Assembly (NCBI GenBank): GCA_965113315.1 | Contig: OZ220364.1 | Direction: 5' to 3' (one strand) | Length of the DNA: 64,000 bases | Origin: Podarcis vaucheri | Taxonomy: Eukaryota | Shown: piece after piece, positions 12,440-21,970 of the stretch | Layout of the letters: every line of letters starts with the position of its first letter | How positions within the stretch are numbered: the first letter of the stretch is position 1 | Made by a program: the position numbers and the translations under genes | Notes under the pieces: model-generated | Told to the model about the DNA's origin: nothing | The model's database searches: none | Seen by the model: only the letters and a program-made list of their open reading frames with translations

Positions 12440-13398
12440 CTGTACAGCAGAGGAGAGAAGGGAAAAATAATTAATCCTGTACTATAAATAGCTCCATAGA
12501 TCCCGATCCTGAGGACAAAGATTTTTCTTCCAAAGATACTACTAACCAAACACACAGTCAGCTCTTCATATGTTATGTCCAATGGTAGTAGACATAACAG
12601 ACTGTTGTGTCAGTTCCAAAGAATGAGATCCAAAATTAGTCAAGGCAATTACTTTTTCGAGAACGAATACAACAATTGGCAATGTGGTATAGATTAATTC
12701 TAAAGCAGCTGACCCAGAAATATCACTTTACCAATGCCATGTGCCTTTGTGCTTCCTAAATCCCTTTGTCACTTGGGACAATCCTGGTCCTTTTTGTGCT
12801 TCTATACTGAGACCACAATCACACCATACATTTGAAGCACTATCAGTCATGATTTCGACCCCCAAAGGATTATGGGAGCTGTAATTAGTTAAAGGTGCTG
12901 AGAGTTGTTGGGAGAGTCCTGTTCCTCTCCCAGAGCTACTATTTCCAGAGTGGTTTAACAATCAATCCCCAGGGAACTCTGCAAATTGTAATTCTAGGAA
13001 GGAAATAGGGGGTTGCTATCAAATTTCAGCACCTTTAACAAACTACAGCTCCCAGAATTCTTTAGTCGCAGGTCATGACTGTTTAAAGTGGGGACCATAG
13101 TGGTAGCAGGAAAAAAAACCTGTATGAGATTATCTTATGGTGACTGAATGTCTCTGGTCATCTGTAGCTGTACTATAGAGTGCTCTGTAACTGACTTAGC
13201 CGTAATGTTTGGTGGAGTGCTTCTCAAAAGAGAATGTGCAATATCTAAAGTAGGATGTAAAGGAGATCCTTCATAGAATCATAGAACTGTAGAGTTGGAA
13301 GGGACCCCCGGCAATGCAGGAATCTTTTGAACCCACAACCTTGAGTCTCATGTTCTACTGACTGATCTAACTGGATGGTGCCTCATGGCCTTTTGTAC

Positions 13399-14381
13399 CT
13401 GTGCTGCACTGCGGTCACTCCTTTCTCCACTAATGCCTTCCTGTTAGCCATTTGAAGGAGCCAGATTTCTTTGCGGGAGAAAAGCCGGATGCTGAACGCC
13501 TTTTCCAGAAGCTTGTCAGTGGTCATGTGCTCACGAATGTCCCGCATGAAACCCCACAAGCTCCCTTTGATATCCACCACCTCCAAGCCTTGCGAAGCCA
13601 CGGACAGCTGGAACTGCTTGAGCAGGGCCAGCGCGATCCGGTAGAGGACTTTCTGCCCCTCCAGAAGGTACACGTCAAAAATGCGGATGACATAATCGAA
13701 CGGGAGGCCATCGAAAAGCCAGACCAGCCAGTCGGAATACACCTCAAAGATGTTGTCCGATGAGCTCGCTATCAGGCGGTGGGCAGCTGGGCAGTGTTTG
13801 TTGGCCAGGTCCCCAAAGGTCATGCACGAAGCCTCGTGGGTGAGGAAGGAGTGGTCAATGTAGGAGGTGTGGGGAGCGTTGCAGTAGAGGAGCCGGCAAG
13901 TGTCCTCAAAGCACTGGGCCTCGCCTTGGCTGTAATGGAGCATCAGGGCAGTCACAGCGGGAAGCAGCGGGCAGTAGGTGATGTCGGGGTACAAGCTGGA
14001 AATGCAGATGAGTATCCTTTTCACTGCAATTACCCCTTCTTCAGAGAGGCAGTATTCGGGCATGATGCTTCCTTCCAGGAATTCAGGTAATGGGTCGAAG
14101 CTCTCGTTCGGGGCTTCAAACAGCTTGCTGGCAACATCTCTGTAGACTTCAGCGTCAGGGGTCATGAGCCTGCACGGTATGTGCTGGATTACATGCTGAT
14201 AAGCCTGCGCCCTCAGAGCGTGACTTCCTGCCCAGCGCCCTTCCCTCCCCAGCTTTTTGAGCTCCTTCATAGACTTGCCAAACAGGGGCTCCTGTCTGTC
14301 CTGCTGCTCGTTCAGCTTGGGCATCTTGTTCTGGTCCACAAATTCGCTGCAGCATAAGCAGGAGGCTGCGTCCATGTCCAT
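13399..14381 (-). CDS. TBC1D24-like protein, coding exon 1 (TBC domain)
   Basis: Translation MDMDAASC...ELKKLGREGRWAGSHALR...PDITYCPLLPAVTALMLHYS...EGQKVLYRIALALLK...KAFSIRLFSRKEI resembles the TBC1D24 TBC domain. Acceptor ttttgcttcacAG gives an exon boundary at 14431; ATG at 14381; donor CACAG|GTAC at 13399/13398; 983 nt coding. Confidence 0.93.
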
Positions 14382-14748
14382 CGCAACCACCGAAGGGATT
14401 TGCAAGGAGGCCTTAGATAGATCGGTGGTCTCTGTGAAGCAAAAGCACCATGGTTCAGTACGATTCACACCTCACCATCGGGCAGATTGCTTAAACTGTT
14501 CCTGACAACTGTGGGTGAAAAGCACTGGGATTTTATCCAGTCTCTTGGGAACTGCAACCACAGACAATTCCCACTTAAAATTTAAACACAAGCACCAGTC
14601 ATAGTTATCACTTGTCACCTCACAGGCTTTTATTTAGTCTTCTAGGTATTTGGGGATGCTTCCATCTCTCATGTAAATAAAAACTATCTGCTCATCATTA
14701 CTTAAAAAGGTAGAACAACAAAACATTTAAATGTGAGTAAGCATAGAG

Positions 14749-15073
14749 CAAGGGTGATGGCCTGGCGGGTTGAATGTGGCCCTTCTAGTCTCTCTGTCTG
14801 GTCCTTGGGACTCTCTCAAAGCCATTCCCACCATTAGCCTTGCTTCTCACCCTCCTTGAGTGTTTTTGCCAGGCTGGAATGTGTCTTTTAACTCTTACTT
14901 CCTTGGGTGGAGATAAAGGGTGTGAGAGCGTGTGTAGAAACTAGCCTACTGTCCAAGGGTAAAACTTCAATTCATTGCCCCACCCATGTTTGCCTCTGGC
15001 CTTGCTCAGAAATAGCATGTGGCCCCCAGAAAGTAATGTGGCCCTTGGGCTGAAAAGGGGTTTCTAATCCCCG
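14749..15073. mobile_element. Degenerate hAT-type MITE
   Basis: 8-bp TSD GCATAGAG / GCACAGAG; subterminal TGTGGCCC motifs; weak TIRs. Confidence 0.6.
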
Positions 15074-15240
15074 GCACAGAGAATGTAGATCCATATACAC
15101 ATTATGTTACATATAAACATAGGTTTGTTGGTTAGGAAATCAAAATCATTAGGCATTGTTAGAATGAATAAATGGTATTCTAAAACTGATTTATAAACCA
15201 CGCTTTATCTTAAAGTGGTACGAAAAGGCAAAAGGAACTA

Positions 15241-15499
15241 CCGTATTTTTTGCTCTATAAGACTCACTTTTTCCCTCGTAAAAAGTAAGGGGAAATGTGT
15301 GTGCGTCTTATGGAGCGAATGTTGGCTGCGCAGCTATCCCAGAAGCCAGAACAGCAAGAGGGATTGCTGCTTTCACTGTGCAGTGATCCCTCTTGCTGTT
15401 CTGGCTTCTGAGATTCAGAATATTTTTTTTCTTGTTTTCCTCCTCCAAAAACTAGGTGCATCTTGTGGTCTGGTGCGTCTTATAGAGAGAAAAATACGG
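15241..15499. mobile_element. Tc1/mariner-type MITE
   Basis: TIR CCGTATTTTTTGCTCTATAAGAC / GTCTTATAGAGAGAAAAATACGG; TA TSD. Confidence 0.88.
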
Positions 15500-16348
15500 T
15501 ATTTGCATAGCAACAGGATTTTCAAAGTGCATTTTCCCAGACTGTATTTGGAGCCTAAAATCACCCAAGCACATATTCTCTGAGGGAGTAGGGAGTTCGG
15601 GAAGCTAGGAAGTATTCCATAGGCTTCCTTCAGAAAGCTTCAACTCCATTTAGATCTGAAATCAGAATCTCCTAATGTGAAATTGTTGGCATGGGCAAAA
15701 GGGTAACCACCTGCTTGATGATATGGCCCGTTCAGTGTTCCAGAGGCAGGCTTGTGAAAAGCCAATCAAGGCGTGAATAATATCATGCAATCTGAGCCAG
15801 GCAACTGCATCTTCTTCAAGTAACAAGGTAGATTATCATTTAAATGAGAGAGAGGTGGGGACAGGCAGGCAGGCAGGCAATTAATACCCACTTCCTGGGA
15901 AGGCCTCCTCAGGAGAAAAGAGATGTCATGCCTGCAGCTGCAGATGACAGCCATAAAATAAACAGATGGGTTACTTTGCTGATTCTCCCCATGATGGAGT
16001 TTAGGGCTTTCTAAAATAGAAGACAGAACGTAAAACCGGTGAAACGTTAGAAATCATGGTGAATATAGGTCACATTAATCACAGTGTGTTTAATACTTAA
16101 TTGATCCTGCTTCCTGATCTGCTAAAACATAAGTAATAAAATAAAATTTAGGTTGGGATGCCCCATGCAATGTATGGTTAAATAATGTATACAGCTTTCT
16201 GTGTCTGTTAGCTATCAGGGTTGCCAAACTTTTTGTTTGCCTGGGTATCTTGCTGTAAATATCTGGATTGTGAAACACTGCAGTTAGAGCAAGGAGGCTG
16301 CTTTTATAGTGTTGCAGTATTTATGTGATGTGTGTGACTGCAATGATG

Positions 16349-16656
16349 TAAGAACATAAGAGCCCTGCCAGTTCAGGCCAGTGGCCCTTCTAGTCCAGCA
16401 TCCTGTTTTTACAGTGGCCACCCAGATGCCTGTGGGAAGCTAAACACAAGACCTAAATGCAGCAGCACTCTCCCCTCCTATGGTTTCAAGTAACTAGTAT
16501 TCAGAAGCATACAATGAAAGCATACCCTAGTCATTGTGGCTAGTAGCTTTATGTTCCATCAATTTATCTAATCCTCTTTTTATTTCCAAGTTGATGACCA
16601 TCTACATCCCAACACTGCTTTCCATGAGCATTTCTTCCATAATTTAACTATGTGCT
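16349..16656 (-). mobile_element. CR1 LINE 3' fragment (host of nested insertions)
   Basis: TAAGAACATAAGAGCC...TCAGGCCAGTGGCCC..CTAGTCCAGCAT, recognised as a reptile CR1 3' end in antisense; resumes briefly after 17312. Confidence 0.6.
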
Positions 16657-17312
16657 TCTCGATTCAGGTACGTAGCCGTGTTGGTCTCATGCAGTCAAAA
16701 TAAATAAATAAAAATGTAAAATGTTCAGTAGCACCTTAGAGACCAACTAAGTTTGTTCTGGGTACAGTGGTACCTCAGGTTAAGAACTTAATTCGTTCTG
16801 GAGGTCTGTTCTTAACCTGAAACTGTTTTTCTATGTTCTATAGCCAATTTCCGTCTCACCTGTTCAGTATCCACCAGACACATCAGTTAGCTAGCGGATA
16901 GATGTATTTTTTTACACTGATCAAATCTGATGGTATATGAAGAAGTGGACAGGCCCTGCTACTACGAATTGGCAAGGCCTTAAGATGCCACAGCATCTTC
17001 TTGGTCTTTTTTTTTAGCAAAGAGAACAGTTCTTCATTTACAAATCCAAATACAGTGGTACCTCAGGTTAAGTGCTTAATTCGTTCCGGAGGTCCGTACT
17101 TAACCTGAAACTGTTCTTAACCTGAGGTACCACTTTAGCTAATGGGGCCTCCCGCTGTCACCGTGCCACCGCCATGCGATTCCTGTTCTCATCCTGAAGC
17201 AAAGTTATTAACAAGAGGTACTATTTCTGGGTTAGCAGAGTTTGTAACCTGAAGCACCTGTAACCCGAGGTACCACTGTATAAGCTTTTGTGTGCATGCA
17301 CACTTCTTCAGA
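16657..17312. mobile_element. Penelope-like retroelement fragment split by a composite MITE
   Basis: GTAGCCGTGTTGGTC...CAGTAGCACCTTAGAGACCAACTAAGTTTGTTCTGGGTA | TAAGCTTTTGTGTGCATGCACACTTCTTCAGA; 12-bp flanking duplication TAACTATGTGCT (16645-16656, 17313-17324). Family name from recalled lizard repeats. Confidence 0.6.
16765..17278. mobile_element. Composite Tc1/mariner MITE: truncated left copy (16765-16827), captured DNA (16825-17052), full copy (17053-17278)
   Basis: Outer TIRs CAGTGGTACCTC / GAGGTACCACTG with TA on both sides and an internal second left TIR at 17053. The middle segment is the reverse complement of 43267-43495. Confidence 0.9.
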
Positions 17313-18759
17313 TAACTATGTGCTGTGTAGCATATATTTGCATTTTGCTTTTCTACCCAAGAGCACAAGATTGTGTATGTTTTCCTCCCCTCCCCATTTT
17401 ACATTTGCAACAGCCCTCTAAATTAGGCTAGGTTACATTAATCTATCTGCCTAAGCAGCAGTTCTTGTCAATAGATTGGGGGTTGGGATGCAGGGACCCT
17501 AATCCCTATACAGTATACTGTTTACAGGAAATCCTGTTGACATCTCTGATGACATGATAGAGTAAGAACTTGCAAGTTTTTACTAAAATCTGTTCCGAAT
17601 AGCATGCCTCCAAGAATGGCTGCCCAGGTCCTAATGCTATTCATCCCTGCATTAGGTTTAGAAGATACATTGGGAAGAGTAATTCCAAAAGCACCTTAGA
17701 GGCTGAATAGTTAAAGCTGAAATATACTGGGAGTGATATCACTGTGATTTTGCATGGTCCTGCAGGTGGGAGAGATAACAGTTCAGTGCACACTTGCTGT
17801 TGTAGGTTTGGAGTTGATAAGGTCCAGAACTATTTTCCCAGAATCCTTCATAATGGCTGCAAGTTAAACTGTGCTAATGCTTAGCATTCAGTTAACACCT
17901 GTCGCCTAACAATTTATAGCATTGTTATATTATTAATTTGTACTGCAGAGATGCTACAGAAATAGAAATGCCAGAACAGAAACACGGGTGTCAGCTGCAA
18001 TGGCTCATTGCTTGGGGAAAGAAGGTGGGGAGGGGAGAGTAGCAAGTGACAATCAAATGCAAAAAACCATCTGGAAGTTGTTGCTCTCCTCAGAGCTGAA
18101 GAGGGTGATGTTAGTTTGGAGGCCCTGATTGCAGTTACAGAGTCTGTAGCTATGGTTTCTCCAAATGATGGGTCTCAGGCACTTAACAAAATAATGTTAA
18201 TGTATTTGATCCCTGGCTTTTTATTTCTAGCCTGGGGATGTAATATCCTTCAGGGTCTGGGAAAGTGACACACTCCAGTTCACTGGTGTCTGCAGGAATA
18301 TTTTAGATGCAGGGGGGTGTATACATGCATACAGAACTGACATCAAAGAACATGTCTACCATTTCTGATAGATCTGGTGACAAATAGTCATCCAAGATGG
18401 AAAGGCCTGGCCTCCAAGAAACTTATGCACCATGTCGACGCCCATTTCTCTCTCTAAATGGCTAGACCTTCTGTCTATGTCTGGCATCTAGATAACGTCC
18501 TTCCACCCACAACTGAAACTTTTTTCCCCTAGCTCCCTTCACCCCTGTGCCTTTAATTAATTTCTCAGCTGCTACAACCAATTTCACAGTCCATCCTGCA
18601 TTTCCCTTTAACAGCAGCAGCAACAAACCAGAATAACAACAGCGGGGTTGTCATACAACACTCTTAACTTTGCCGTCCTTCCAGTAAAGTGGGTAAAGCA
18701 ACACCGGGTGCAGGACTGATATAAACCATATCCTCTCAACCTCCCCATACCCAGCAATA

Positions 18760-18996
18760 CAGTGGTACCTCAGGTTAAGAACTTAATTCGTTCTGGAGGT
18801 CCGTTCTTAACCGGAAACTGTTCTTAACCTGAGGTACCACTTTAGCTAATGGGGCCTCCCACTCCCGCGCCACTGCCACACAATTTCTGTTCTCATCCTG
18901 AGGTAAAGTTCTTAACCCGAGGTACTATTTTTGGGTTAGTGGAGTCTAACCTGAAGTGTCTGTAACCTGAAGCATCTGTAACCCGAGGTACCACTG
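18760..18996. mobile_element. Tc1/mariner (Tigger-like) MITE
   Basis: TIR CAGTGGTACCTC / GAGGTACCACTG; TA TSD. Confidence 0.92.
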
Positions 18997-19140
18997 TATG
19001 GGTATAATAATGATGGATTTCTCTGCATCGGGAAGGTTTTCTCTTTCGTTCTTATAAGTTTTGGGGAAGGGGGGAATCACGTCTTAAATGCGCATTTTAT
19101 GCTGCGAACTGCCCTGAGATCTTCGGATGAAGGGTGGTAT

Positions 19141-19424
19141 CAGGTGCGCCACCTTGGCCCCAAAACAGTGGGTGCCTGGGGCATGCTGGCACCATCGCAG
19201 TGTGCCTGTGTAGTGTCGGCACGCCCTGCAGCATGAGCACAAGACATCAGCATGACCCGCAGCATGCTGACATCACTCACGCATGTAACGGGGGGGGTGT
19301 GCCAACGTCACATGCACAGGCCCTGTGGTATGCTCACTCCGTGGAGTGGAACCTTGGGGGGGGCCTTCATTAAAAATTTGTGGGTACCTGAGCACCCAGT
19401 GTGCCACATAAGTCAGCGCTTATG
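19141..19424. mobile_element. hAT-type MITE inserted in an L2-like 3' tail
   Basis: 8-bp TSD GGTGGTAT (19133-19140, 19425-19432); GC-rich interior; imperfect TIRs. Confidence 0.65.
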
Positions 19425-19434
19425 GGTGGTATAC

Positions 19435-19795
19435 ACAAGCTGGAGTTAGAAAATTCATACAAACAAGCTGGAGTTAGAAAATTCATACAAACAAGCTGGA
19501 GTTAGAGAATTCATACAAACAAGCTGGAGTTAGAAAATTCATACAAACAAGCTGGAGTTAGAGAATTCATACAAACAAGCTGGAGTTAGAGAATTCATAC
19601 AAACAAGCTGGAGTTAGAGAATTCATACAAACAAGCTGGAGTTAGAGAATTCATACAAACAAGCTGGAGTTAGAGAATTCATACAAACAAGCTGGAGTTA
19701 GAGAATTCATACAAACAAGCTGGAGTTAGAAAATTCATACAAACAAGCTGGAGTTAGAAAATTCATACAGACAAGCTGGAGTTAGAAAATTCATA
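19435..19795. repeat. Minisatellite, 13 x 28 bp (ACAAGCTGGAGTTAGARAATTCATACAA)
   Basis: Head-to-tail units at an exact 28-nt period, differing mainly by one A/G. Confidence 0.97.
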
Positions 19796-21248
19796 AATGC
19801 AGTTACGCTATCATCCTGGATTTCTGAGCTTCATTCTATGGGGCGGCAAGGACATTTTCACCAGGGAAGACACACACACAGACACACCTTAAAATGAACC
19901 AAGGAGTATGTCACATTCTCTTTCCCTAATTGGCTAGATCTACTTTGCATTATAACGGGGCTGGCCCTGTTCTTATCACTTGGAAAGCGGGGAGCAGGTC
20001 AGAATATAGAAACCAAAGAACTGAGAGCAAGAAAGAAATGAAGAAAAAAGGCTTGCATCTGTGGTGGGAGAGTGGGGGTGGTCCTTACGTATCACTGGGA
20101 TAAGCCATATGGAAAGTCCTGGGAACAAAGAAGTTACATGGCAAAGGAAATCATATACAAAAGGCAAGGTAAACAAAACATGTTGGAGAAAATGGATCAA
20201 GAGATAAAAGAAACTACTGGAGAGGCTAAACTGTGCCAGGGAAGGTCATTATAGTTGTCTACAGACCCGAGGTGTGCCTAAAACTCCTGCATTAGATGAA
20301 AACCTCTGAAATTACGGTAAATGTGTGCTGTGGGCAAGTTCTTTAGCTCTGCTGTTGAAGTTGAGTCCCCCTGGGGGAAATACTGTGCAATTGCTAAAAA
20401 GAGTTAGTTAACGATGACCTAAGAGTAGTTGGAATGTTTTGCAATTGCTGAAAAATTGTGGCTTCATCAGTAACTGAAACTTGTGGTTAAGTGTTTTTAG
20501 GAGGTGTTGTTGTCTTTTAACAGCACATGGATAAATAAATATATCTCAGATAACATTATGTTCTGCAGCTTGTGCTGTTCTGTAGTTAGGATTTGCTTTT
20601 TAAACTATGTTAGTAAAGCTAGCTTATACAACAGAAAGCATCCTGCTTGTGCCATATCTACATGCCTTGCCTCTATCCAGAAATAAGGGCCTGGTTAGAC
20701 TGAAGCTGTGTACACACTGTCATTTATTGGGAAATGCTGCTATTTGATTTATTTCCTCCAAACCAGCTTCAATCAGAATTAAGAAAAAGAACAACTAGCA
20801 TTTTAAACTGATAATGCATACACAAGTTGAATTGATGAAAGTCTTGCTTTCTTTAGTACAGTACACTGTAAACCTATTGTGCAAATAAAACATGCATAAT
20901 AAAAGAATGAAATGAAACAGAAACAGCCTGTAAATGCATGCTTCCCTCTATCTAGCATCTCAGGGAGCATGCTAAATTGAGGGCCTGGAGCTTTAAAGCT
21001 GGATGTAGTTGCTGTATGTAGTTCAGGTGTGGAAAACCTGTGGCCACACAGTTTGTGTACTAGCCCTCGGAAGAAAACAGACATCGGGTCTACCCCAGCC
21101 AAATGCAAAACCCTGCAGCACCTGGATCTAATGCACTATTACAACTAACTACTCGTTAAGAGCAAATAACACTTCTATCCAGGTTAACAGCTTGTTAGCC
21201 TGGGCTGCTCAAGCCACCTTCTGGTATATAAATACAATTTAGTTAGTT

Positions 21249-21252
<4 letters not shown>

Positions 21253-21282
<30 letters not shown>

Positions 21283-21970
21283 ATATCCCGCTCTCCCCAG
21301 CCGAAGCCGGGCTCAGGGCGGCTAACAACAATAAAACAGTACAACAGTTCAACACAACACAACACTCTAAAATCATTTATTATAAAATTAATTCAAATCA
21401 AACCAATGGCAACCATTGGGCCAGAGCTCCACGAAGATTGCCAAAGAAGGGAGTCAGGCTGTGCCCTGGCCAAAGCCCTGGTGGAACAGCTCTGTCTTGC
21501 AGGCCCTGCGGAAAGATGTCAAGTCCCGCAAGGTCTCTTGTGACAGAGTGTTCCACTAGATTGGAGCCACAGCCGAAAAAGCCCTGGCTCTAGTTGAGGC
21601 CAGCCTAACCTCTCTGTGGCCTGGGACCTTCAGGATGTTTTTATTTGAAGACCGTAAGTTTCTCTGTGGGACATACCAGGAGAGGCGGTCCCGTAGGTAC
21701 GAGGGTCCTAGGCCGTATAGGGCTTTAAAGGTTAAAACCAGCACCTTAAACCTGATCCTGTACTCCACCGGGAGCTAGTGCAGCTGGTATAGCACCGGGT
21801 GAATGTGATCTCGCAGCGAGGACCCCGTAAGGAGTCTCGCTGCAGCATTCTGCACCCGCTGGAGTTTCTGGGTCAGTCTCAAGGGCAACCCCACGTAGAG
21901 CGAGTTACAATAATCCAGTCTGGAGGTGACCGTCGTGTGGATCACAGTGGCTAGGTCAGGGCAAGAGAGG
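21253..21970 (-). mobile_element. L2-clade LINE, 5'-truncated (ORF2 C-terminus, 3'UTR and (TTTA)n tail)
   Basis: Minus-strand peptide ..EYRIRFKVLVLTFKALYGLGPSYLRDRLSWYVPQRNLRSS..RAFSAVAP is typical of the L2 ORF2 end; (TAAA)n at 21253-21284 on the plus strand. Confidence 0.88.

Noticed and set aside
12732-12755. 24-nt in-frame AG...GT segment as a microexon equivalent
   Set aside because: The upstream region is purine-rich with no pyrimidine tract, and the peptide (KHKGTWHW) does not resemble the TBC1D24 microexon.
13383-14468. Single-exon 361-aa protein as given by the ORF track
   Set aside because: The N-terminal MNRTEPWCFCFT lies in the intron acceptor region and the terminal YKRP is read-through past the donor; the real product is spliced.
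19435-19795. CRISPR-like array (28-bp repeats)
   Set aside because: Units are contiguous with no unique spacers, there are no cas genes, and the context is eukaryotic; it is a minisatellite.
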